Below are positions 20,460 through 27,742 of a DNA stretch of 27,742 nt, one piece after another. Made by a program: the position numbers and the translations under genes. A model generated the notes under the pieces. The model did no database searches. It saw only the letters and a list, made by a program, of their open reading frames with translations, and was not told the origin of the DNA. The DNA is from Planctomycetota bacterium (GTDB lineage Bacteria > Planctomycetota > B15-G4 > JADJEK01): the NCBI GenBank assembly GCA_044225365.1, contig JBGAIQ010000070.1, positions 1-27,742 on the forward strand, given 5' to 3'. Position 1 is the stretch's first letter. Each line of letters begins with the position of its first letter.

Positions 20460-22484
20460 TCAGGGCGTACCGGGATCGACCTTCAGCGACGCGAAGATCG
20501 GCGCGGCGCGCTGCTCCGCGAGCGTCGCCTTGTCCGCCTTCTTCAGCGGGATCTCGACGACGAGGCTCACGGCGTAGCCCGGCTGGTTCACGGTGCGCGT
20601 ACGCGACCAGACGCGGTCGCCGTTCTCGAGCGTGCGCATCTCCGTCGTTTCGGTGTCGGGGTGATCGGGGCCCGCCTTGCTCCCCGGAATCTTCTTCGAA
20701 CCGAGCTTCTCGATCTTGGCGGAAGACGTGAGCTCGGCGAGACGCTTCTCCATCGCCTCGCCTTGATTCACGTAGCAGAAGTCGGGAGTGAAGTGTCGCA
20801 CCTCCAACGCGGCCGTTCCCTCACTCTCGCTGGTGAAGGAGATGGCGGCGCGGCAGCGGTCGAAGCTGGTGCGCCAGGCCTTCGGCGGCGTGAATCGCGC
20901 CCGCAGATGGGGTGCGCCAAACGTGACGGTGTGATCGGTGGCGACCGAGATCTTCGGACGGTTCTTCACGAACACGTCGATCAACGGCTTCAGCGCCTCC
21001 TTGCCCTCCTCGTCGTCGGGAGACAGCGTGAGCTGGAGGCAGTAGACGTACCCCTCGCCGGCGTCTCCTGCGAGCATGTGAGCGAACGATTCGCGTCCGT
21101 TCGGGAGCTTCACGGTGATTCCGACTTCCGAACAGTCGTTCGTGAGATCGTTCTGGAAGACCGTCGTCGAGGGCCAATCCGGAGGCAGCTCGGTCGAGTA
21201 CTTCGCGATGACGTCCTTCACGCTCTGCCCCGCGCGCATCGCGAGCATCACGCGCCGGCGATCGTTCGGCGTCTGCCACCCCGCGCTCGAGCGCGGCGCG
21301 GGATCGAGCACGGTGATGTACTCCTTCGGCAATTGCTTCGCGAGGAGATCGGCGAGGAGCAGGGCGTTGCCATAGCGTCCGGTCTGACCGTTCGATTCGG
21401 TCGGGAGCACGGCGGCATTTCCGACGTTCAACTCGAGGCTGACGAACGCCTTCTCGAACAGGGCCTCGTACCGCGGCCACTCGAGCTCGCTCGCGCGAAA
21501 CGTGATGTCGAGGAGCGTGTCGTCCTTCGATGCGATGAAGTGCAGCGCGTGACTCGCGGGACCGCTCCCGTCCTCCTTGCCGCGCGCGACCTCCACGCGG
21601 TTGCCTTCGACGCCGGCGATCACCACTTTCCCGATCGGCAACGGCACGGCCTTGTCGCCCTTCTCGACGACGTAGCCCGCGAGCGCCGTCCATCCATCGC
21701 GGACCTTCTCGTCGGTACCGCTGAGATCGCCTGGCGCCGATCTGGAGTAGTGGGGCCAGATCAACGCGGTGCATCCCGTCACCGGGTCGTCGTCCGTCGG
21801 CAGCACGGGCGCGATGGTGAGGGTTCGCGAGGAGCCGTCGATCTTCTCGTGGGTCTTCCAGGTCGCGGGTAGCGCGATCACGCAACTTCCCTTGCTGTCA
21901 TGGAACGCCGTGGCTTTCGCCTTCACGAGCGATTCACCGAGGTCGAACGCGAGCGACTTCATCAGTTGATGCCCGATGTCGATGTCCGCAGCGGCGTACT
22001 TCGCGGGATAGGAGAAGGTGACGAGGAGGAGCCGCTTCCCGATCGTGCCGACGATCGTCTCCTCGACGCCGCCCTCGGGATTCGTGAAGTCGCATTCGAG
22101 CGCATCGACGCCCGCGATCTTGTGGTCCGCGACGGGTCCCGCCTTCAGCTCGATGTGCGCGTCGCGATAGACCTTCGTCTTGAACTGGAAGAGCGCGTCC
22201 GCGGATTCACGGAGCGTGGGCTTCGCGAGATCGGATTTCGGCACGTCGAGTTGTACCGCGATCTTCACGTCGTTCTCGACTTCGCCCTTCTCCTCGTCCG
22301 GTGGAAGCTCCGCGGGCGAGAAGGTCCAGGTTCGCGAATGAGGGACCGTGAGGACCCGGCGGTGCCATCCCGGAGGCAGCTTGGCCGACAGGATGTCCGA
22401 GCCCTCCGCGACGCTGCCGCGCGCGTTCGGAGAAGAAAGGAGGAACGACAACTCCACCAGAACGACGATGCCGGCACGCAGCAT
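20460..22484 (-). CDS. Secreted hypothetical protein with tandem PsbP/DcrB-like repeats
   Basis: GAGGAG RBS; signal-like N-terminus; repeat starts KLPPGW, ALPATW, (QLPKEY), TPPKAW; IAGVDA/IAGVEG; repeat ends LMKSLAF, FVSLEL, FASLKV. Confidence 0.65.
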   Translation of the reverse strand: MLRAGIVVLVELSFLLSSPNARGSVAEGSDILSAKLPPGWHRRVLTVPHSRTWTFSPAELPPDEEKGEVENDVKIAVQLDVPKSDLAKPTLRESADALFQFKTKVYRDAHIELKAGPVADHKIAGVDALECDFTNPEGGVEETIVGTIGKRLLLVTFSYPAKYAAADIDIGHQLMKSLAFDLGESLVKAKATAFHDSKGSCVIALPATWKTHEKIDGSSRTLTIAPVLPTDDDPVTGCTALIWPHYSRSAPGDLSGTDEKVRDGWTALAGYVVEKGDKAVPLPIGKVVIAGVEGNRVEVARGKEDGSGPASHALHFIASKDDTLLDITFRASELEWPRYEALFEKAFVSLELNVGNAAVLPTESNGQTGRYGNALLLADLLAKQLPKEYITVLDPAPRSSAGWQTPNDRRRVMLAMRAGQSVKDVIAKYSTELPPDWPSTTVFQNDLTNDCSEVGITVKLPNGRESFAHMLAGDAGEGYVYCLQLTLSPDDEEGKEALKPLIDVFVKNRPKISVATDHTVTFGAPHLRARFTPPKAWRTSFDRCRAAISFTSESEGTAALEVRHFTPDFCYVNQGEAMEKRLAELTSSAKIEKLGSKKIPGSKAGPDHPDTETTEMRTLENGDRVWSRTRTVNQPGYAVSLVVEIPLKKADKATLAEQRAAPIFASLKVDPGTP

Positions 22485-22554
22485 GGTGTCTCCTCTTCGG
22501 TCGACCCAACCGCGGGATCCTAACGAATCAGAACTCGCCGGCCGCGGCTCTTCG

Positions 22555-24264
22555 TCAGTCCTCGCTCTGCTGACGGGGCCCGCGTTCGCCACCGTGGCGG
22601 CTACCGCGCGAGCGCCCGTTCGACCGGCCGTGATCGCGATGATCGCGACGCGGGTCTTCCGAACGAGGAGCATCGCGACGAGGCGGGTCCTCGCGGCGCG
22701 ACCGTTCTACGGGGCGAGACGGCTTGCGGGGCTCGGACGAAGGACCGCGATCGTCGCGGTGCGGGCGCTCCTCGTCGCGGTGCGTTCGCGGTTCGTCGCG
22801 CCGCGGCCGATCGTCGCGTGGGGGTTCGGCACGGCGGGGAGCGGGCGCACGATCCTCGCGATGCGGGCGCTCTTCGCGCCGCGGACGCGGATCGTCGCGG
22901 TGCGATCGCAGCTCATCGCGCGGACGATCGTCGCGTCGCGGACGATCGTCGCGTCGCGGACGCTCGTCGCGGGGCCGATCGTCGCGCGGGCGTTCGGCAT
23001 GGCGCGGCGTCGGTGCGGGTTCGTCGCGTCGTGGCCGCTCATCGCGGCGGGGACGTTCCTCGTCACGCGGTCGATCGCCGTGTCGCTGGGAGTCGCTCCG
23101 TCCACGCGGCGGGGCTGCCGGTCGCTCGTCGCGGCGATGGGGGGCGGGTGCCACGGGACTCGAGTTCTCGCGGAGATTGAGCTTCAGCACTCGCTCGATC
23201 CCGGAGATACGAATCCGCTCGTCGGCGGCGTAGAGCGTGATCGCGTGGCCCCTCTCCCCGGCGCGGCCCGTGCGGCCGATGCGATGGATGAAGTCCTCGG
23301 GTGAGCGCGGTACGTCGTAGTTCACGACGTGCGAGATTCCCGAGACGTCGATTCCGCGGGCGGCGATGTCGGTCGCGACGAGCACGCCGATCTGACCGTG
23401 GCGGAAGGCCTCGAGCGCGGCGAATCGCTCGGCCTGTTCGCGGTCGCCATGGATGACGGCGCACGGCACGCGATCGCGCAGGAGTTGCGAGTAGAGCCGG
23501 TTCGCGCCGATCTTCGTCGCCGTGAAGACGAGTACCGATCGCATGTCGCGCTTGCGGAGGAGATCGACGAGCAGGCGAGCCTTCTCGCGATGGTCGCAGG
23601 CGAACGACTCGAACGAGACGGATTCGGCGGGTCGACGCCGGTTGCCGATCTCGATGATGACGGGGTCGACCAGGATCGTTCGCGCGAGCGATTCGATCGC
23701 CGGCGGAAGCGTTGCGGAGAAGAGCAGGGTCTGGCGCTTCTCGGGAAGGCGGCGCACGATCTTCTCGATGTCCGGCATGAAGCCCATGTCGAGCATGCGA
23801 TCGGCTTCATCGAGGACGAGGAACTCGAGTTTGTCGACCTTCGGGAGACCGTAGTAGAAGTGATCGATCAAGCGGCCGGGCGTCGCCATGACGATGTCGG
23901 CGCCGGCCTTCAAGGCGCGGGTCTGATTCGACATGTCCGCGCCGCCGTAGACGGTCGCCGCCGAGAGGGGCGTGTGATACGTGAGGCCCGCGCAGACGCT
24001 GTCGATCTGGCTCACGAGTTCACGCGTGGGCGCGAGGATGAGGCAGCGCGTCACGTGGGAAGGACCCGCCATCAGCTTGTGGAGGATCGGGAGAAGGAAC
24101 GCGGCAGTCTTCCCAGTGCCGGTCTGCGCGAGGCCGATGAGGTCCTTGCCCTCGAGCACGGCGGGGATCGCGCGCTCCTGGATCGGCGTTGAGTCCTTGT
24201 AGCCGAGATCGCGAGTGCCTTGGAGCAGCGAAGGATGGAGTCCGAACGATTCGAAGTTGACCAA
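22555..24264 (-). CDS. DEAD-box RNA helicase (RhlE-like) with long R/D/E/P-rich C-terminal tail
   Basis: Q motif FESFGL...TPIQ, AQTGTGKT, PTREL, TPGRL, DEAD, SAT, ARGID, HRIGRTGRAG; TTG start 24264 inferred (ATG 24297 is an alternative). Confidence 0.95.
   Translation of the reverse strand: MVNFESFGLHPSLLQGTRDLGYKDSTPIQERAIPAVLEGKDLIGLAQTGTGKTAAFLLPILHKLMAGPSHVTRCLILAPTRELVSQIDSVCAGLTYHTPLSAATVYGGADMSNQTRALKAGADIVMATPGRLIDHFYYGLPKVDKLEFLVLDEADRMLDMGFMPDIEKIVRRLPEKRQTLLFSATLPPAIESLARTILVDPVIIEIGNRRRPAESVSFESFACDHREKARLLVDLLRKRDMRSVLVFTATKIGANRLYSQLLRDRVPCAVIHGDREQAERFAALEAFRHGQIGVLVATDIAARGIDVSGISHVVNYDVPRSPEDFIHRIGRTGRAGERGHAITLYAADERIRISGIERVLKLNLRENSSPVAPAPHRRDERPAAPPRGRSDSQRHGDRPRDEERPRRDERPRRDEPAPTPRHAERPRDDRPRDERPRRDDRPRRDDRPRDELRSHRDDPRPRREERPHREDRAPAPRRAEPPRDDRPRRDEPRTHRDEERPHRDDRGPSSEPRKPSRPVERSRREDPPRRDAPRSEDPRRDHRDHGRSNGRSRGSRHGGERGPRQQSED
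22560..23150 (-). repeat. Low-complexity coding repeats (RRDDRP/RRDERP units) in helicase tail
   Basis: 18-bp tandem unit CGGACGATCGTCGCGTCG exact at 22921-22938 and 22939-22956, degenerate at 22957-22974; many further degenerate copies. Confidence 0.85.
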
Positions 24265-24357
24265 TGTGTCTTCCACGGAGGATGGATTTCGACGCATCGT
24301 AGCGTATCGCTCCGGCTTTGGCTCCCTTCGGGCCAGCTTCTTGCGTCCACACTTCCC

Positions 24358-24385
24358 TTCGAAACGAGCGCTTGCCACCTATGAT
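24358..24385 (+). promoter_or_regulatory. Putative sigma70-type promoter for the heme operon
   Basis: TTCGAA-N16-TATGAT about 50 nt upstream of the ccsA/hemX-like start; the -35 match is weak. Confidence 0.3.
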
Positions 24386-24434
24386 CGGCAGGCAATCCGG
24401 CCCGACCCTCTCCACCGACCCGAGTCCCTTGCCC

Positions 24435-25244
24435 GTGACCGACCGCCTCATCGTCTTCGTTCCGTCGCTGCTCTACCTCGCCGCCGCGGGGTGCTCCGCG
24501 CTCGATCTGTGGCGCCGGCGGCCGCTCGCCCGGATCGGTGCGGGCGTGCTGCTCGCCGCGGCGATCGTCTCCCGCATCGCGACGTTCCTCGAGCCCGGAC
24601 TCTGTCCCGTCGACGTGGCGGGCGGCGGACTCGGAATCGTATCGCTCGTGCTCGCGCTCTTCGTGCTGCTCGGCAGCTTCGCCGAACCACGGAATCCCGC
24701 GAAGACCGTGCTCCTGCTCGGCGTGATCGGGGTGTTCGACGTGCTCGGTCAGATCGTCGCGACGCACAAGGAGGCGTTCCATCCGCCGGCGAAGGAGCGG
24801 GCGCTCGGCGAACTCCACGGCGGGATCATCCTGCTCGCTTATGCGGCCTTCGTCGTCGGCGCCGTCTACGCGGTGCTGTATCTCATCCTCTACTCCGTGA
24901 TGAAACGCCGGCGCCTCGGTTTCTGGTTCGATCGACTGCCGTCGCTGCAGCAGCTCGAGGCTCGTGCGGTCTCGGCGGAGCAGATCGGGCTCGCCCTGTT
25001 GTCGATCGGACTCTTCCTCGGTTTCTACTCGTACGCGGTGTTCCGCGGCGGCGTGCCGTGGGGTGACGTGAAGTTCGTGGTCGCGATGGGGCTGTGGCTC
25101 TGGTTCGTCGTCGCGCTCTTCCTGCGGAAGGCCCGACACTGGCACGGCCATCGGGTGATGTGGATCCCGGTGATCGGACTCCTCGTCATGGCCGTCGTCT
25201 ACTCGGTCGGCGGCGGACATCCGTTCTGGAGCGGCGGATCGTGA
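24435..25244 (+). CDS. CcsA-family / HemX-like polytopic membrane protein
   Basis: About 8 hydrophobic segments; LHGGIILLAYAAF, LPSLQQLE, IGLALLSIGLFLG, WGDVK; directly upstream of hemA; GTG start inferred. Confidence 0.8.
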   Translation: MTDRLIVFVPSLLYLAAAGCSALDLWRRRPLARIGAGVLLAAAIVSRIATFLEPGLCPVDVAGGGLGIVSLVLALFVLLGSFAEPRNPAKTVLLLGVIGVFDVLGQIVATHKEAFHPPAKERALGELHGGIILLAYAAFVVGAVYAVLYLILYSVMKRRRLGFWFDRLPSLQQLEARAVSAEQIGLALLSIGLFLGFYSYAVFRGGVPWGDVKFVVAMGLWLWFVVALFLRKARHWHGHRVMWIPVIGLLVMAVVYSVGGGHPFWSGGS

Positions 25245-26551
25245 ACGGCGTCTGCGCGGTCGGTCTCTCCCATCGAACGGCGCGGGTGGAAGTGCGCGAG
25301 CGATTCGCGCTCGATGCCGAGGCGCGGCGTCTCGTGACTCGCCGCGTGAAGGAGATCGAAGGGATCCAGGAGGCGGTCGTCGTCTCGACGTGCAATCGTA
25401 CGGAGGTCTACGCGGCGGGAAAGCCGGGGATCGATCAGGAGCTGCCCGCCGAACGGATCCGCGATCTGCTGCTCGAGTCTCGGGCCGACAGTGGCGCGAC
25501 CGCGGAGGATTTTCGGATCCTGCACGGCGAAGAAGCGATCTCGCACGCGTTCCTCGTCGCGGCTGGGATCGACTCGATGGTGCTCGGTGAGACGCAGATC
25601 CTGGGTCAAGTGCGCGACGCGTTCCTCGAGGCCGTCGACGGCGGTTTCGTGGGCGCTTCGTTCCAACGATTGTTTCCCGCGATCTTCAAGCTCGCGAAGC
25701 GGGCGCACTCGGAGACGAAGATCTCGCAGGGGCAGGCTTCGGTCGGATCGATTGCGGTCGAGCTCGCTTCCAAAGTGTTCGAGGATCTCGAGCGGCGCAG
25801 CGTGCTGCTGCTCGGCGCGGGTGACACCGGCGAGACGATCGCCGTCTCGATGCACGACCGCAAGGTGGCGCGTTTGCTGATCGCTGGCCGCGGAATCGAG
25901 CGATCGAGTCGTCTGGCGACGCGCGTCTCGGGCGTCGCGCTCGACATCGACGTCGCGCTCGAGCGGCTCGCGGAGGTCGACATCGTCCTCACCGCGGCAT
26001 CGCCGAAGGGAGATGCGTTCCTGCTCGATCGCGCACGGCTCGAGGCTGCGATCGACCAGCGGCGCGGGCGGCCTCTCATCGCGATCGACGTCGGAGTTCC
26101 GCGCAACGTCGATCCCGCGGCGCGCGACCTCGACGACTTCTTCCTCTACGACCTCGACGATCTCGAATCGGTCGCCGAAGAAACGCACCGCCGTCGCAAG
26201 AACGAGATCAAGAAGGTCGAAGCCATCCTCGCGAGCGGCGTCCGGGCCTTCGTCGAATGGTGGAGCGCGAGTGCAGGCGTGGCGCCGCTCGTTCGCGAGC
26301 TGCATCAGAAGGCCGAGGAGACGCGCTTGCGCGAACTCGAGCGGACGCTCGCCCATCTGCCAAAGGAACATCACGCCGCGGTGGAGCGCCTCAGCAAGAG
26401 CCTCGTCGACAAACTCATGCAGGCGCCGACGATCGAATTGCGCCGCGGAGGCGACGAACTGAAGGCGGAGATCGGACTCCTTCGGCGTCTCTTCGGCCTC
26501 TTGGGGCCAGGCAAGAAGCACGAATCCGACGGCGAAGGAACCGACGCATGA
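25241..26551 (+). CDS. hemA: Glutamyl-tRNA reductase
   Basis: VGLSHRTA.VEVRE, STCNRTEVY, GIDSMVLGETQILGQV, LLLGAGDTG, DVGVPRNVD; GTGA overlap with upstream stop. Confidence 0.96.
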   Translation: MNGVCAVGLSHRTARVEVRERFALDAEARRLVTRRVKEIEGIQEAVVVSTCNRTEVYAAGKPGIDQELPAERIRDLLLESRADSGATAEDFRILHGEEAISHAFLVAAGIDSMVLGETQILGQVRDAFLEAVDGGFVGASFQRLFPAIFKLAKRAHSETKISQGQASVGSIAVELASKVFEDLERRSVLLLGAGDTGETIAVSMHDRKVARLLIAGRGIERSSRLATRVSGVALDIDVALERLAEVDIVLTAASPKGDAFLLDRARLEAAIDQRRGRPLIAIDVGVPRNVDPAARDLDDFFLYDLDDLESVAEETHRRRKNEIKKVEAILASGVRAFVEWWSASAGVAPLVRELHQKAEETRLRELERTLAHLPKEHHAAVERLSKSLVDKLMQAPTIELRRGGDELKAEIGLLRRLFGLLGPGKKHESDGEGTDA

Positions 26552-27456
26552 GCCGCGAGCGACGATTGATCCTGGGCACACGCGGTTCGCCGCTCGCGTT
26601 GACACAGAGTCGGCAGATCGCCGCATTGCTGGAGTCGCGAGTTGCCGGACTCGTCGTCGAACTTCGAATCGTGAAGACCGAAGGCGATCGCTTGCAGGAG
26701 GCGCCACCCGCGCCCGGGGAGCGACTCGAGAAGGGTCTCTTCACGTCCGCGCTCGAGCGGGCCCTGCTCGCCCGCGAGATCGACCTCGCAGTGCACTCGC
26801 TGAAGGACCTGCCGACGACGCTCGAATCCGGTCTCGTCATCGCGGCGATCCCGCAGCGCGAAGATCCGCGCGATGCGCTCCTGACCGCGGGCAAGGCGCT
26901 GCACGAGCTACCGCACGGAGCGCGCGTCGCTACCGGATCCCCGCGCCGCCAGCTCCAGTTGAGACTCGCACGACCCGACCTCGAACTCGTGGCGATCCGC
27001 GGAAACGTCGATACGCGGATCGGCAAGCTGCGCAGCGGGGAGTGCCACGGTCTCGTCCTCGCGCTCGCCGGCCTGAAGCGGCTGGGCCGGGGCCATGAAG
27101 CGACCGAGATCCTCGCCGAAGACGTGATGCTCCCCGCTCCCGGCCAGGGCGCGCTCGGCATCGAGATGCGAGACGAAGTCGCTTCCGATCTCGTCCGCGA
27201 CGCGATCGACCACGCGGAGACTCGCGCCGCCGTCTCGGCGGAACGGGCCGTGCTCGCCGGGATCGGCGGCGGCTGTCAGCTTCCGCTCGGCACTCTCGCG
27301 AGGGCCGAGGGGGGCAAGTTCGTCGTGCGCGCCGTGTTGTTCGACGCCCCGGGCGTTCGCCACGTCCGGGCGCGAGCCGAAGGAACGATCGACGACGCGC
27401 GGGCGCTCGGATCGGCGGTCGCGGCCGAACTCGAGCGCGGTTTGAGTTCGAAGTGA
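26548..27456 (+). CDS. hemC: Hydroxymethylbilane synthase (porphobilinogen deaminase)
   Basis: LGTRGSPLALTQ, KGLFT, DLAVHSLKDLP, REDPRD, IRGNVDTR, PAPGQGALG, GGCQLPLG; ATGA overlap with hemA stop. Confidence 0.96.
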   Translation: MSRERRLILGTRGSPLALTQSRQIAALLESRVAGLVVELRIVKTEGDRLQEAPPAPGERLEKGLFTSALERALLAREIDLAVHSLKDLPTTLESGLVIAAIPQREDPRDALLTAGKALHELPHGARVATGSPRRQLQLRLARPDLELVAIRGNVDTRIGKLRSGECHGLVLALAGLKRLGRGHEATEILAEDVMLPAPGQGALGIEMRDEVASDLVRDAIDHAETRAAVSAERAVLAGIGGGCQLPLGTLARAEGGKFVVRAVLFDAPGVRHVRARAEGTIDDARALGSAVAAELERGLSSK

Positions 27457-27499
27457 CGCAGCGAGATTGCAACTCCGAGTTGAAGGACGAGGTCCCGAG

Positions 27500-27742
27500 A
27501 TGACGTTCCCGAATCGAAGGCTCCGCAGGCTCCGCCGTTCCCCGCTGCTGCGCAAGATGGTGCGCGAGACGAAGCTCGTGCCCGAGCGATTCATCTATCC
27601 GATGTTCGTCGAGCCCGGGAAGAACAAGCGGACCGAGGTGTCGTCGATGCCCGGGGTCTTCCGCGAGTCGGTCGACAAGATCGTGGAGAGCGCGCTCGAA
27701 GCGCGGGATCTCGGGATTCCCGCAGTGATCCTGTTCGGGTTG
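27500..27742 (+). CDS. hemB: Porphobilinogen synthase, N-terminal part (truncated by window end)
   Basis: MTFPNRRLRRLRRSPLLRKMVRETKL...FIYPMFV...SSMPGVFR...GIPAVILFG; not in the ORF track because no stop falls inside the window. Confidence 0.92.
   Translation, partial: MTFPNRRLRRLRRSPLLRKMVRETKLVPERFIYPMFVEPGKNKRTEVSSMPGVFRESVDKIVESALEARDLGIPAVILFGL

Noticed and set aside
22348-23304. 318-aa plus-strand ORF with RTIVAS repeats; also considered as a CRISPR-like array
   Set aside because: It is the antisense of the helicase tail repeats; the units are contiguous coding repeats without unique spacers, and there are no cas genes.

Overview
GC-rich bacterial chromosomal window, largely housekeeping, with an accessory envelope/signalling block in the middle. 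Taxonomy cannot be fixed from the sequence; the gene mix is compatible with Planctomycetota, which is inference only. From left to right: (1) the 3' end of a class C (IIC) group II intron (RT C-terminus, domains V and VI, 1-140); (2) a minus-strand futalosine-pathway operon mqnC-mqnE-[SGNH hydrolase]-mqnA; (3) two tandem ABC-F ATPases; (4) glyQS overlapping PTS enzyme I; (5) a secreted sulfatase; (6) a ~9.5-kb block (13026-22484) with an orphan STAS protein, a lipoprotein with a caspase-like His/Cys domain, an unknown lipoprotein, a receptor-like pseudokinase-kinase-TM-Ig-repeat protein, three tandem paralogous small lipoproteins and a secreted multi-PsbP-like protein; (7) a DEAD-box helicase with a long Arg/Asp repeat tail; (8) a heme operon ccsA/hemX-like-hemA-hemC-hemB (truncated) with no hemD in it. 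The best candidate for an undescribed system is block 6. All family assignments are motif recognition by eye, not database searches.
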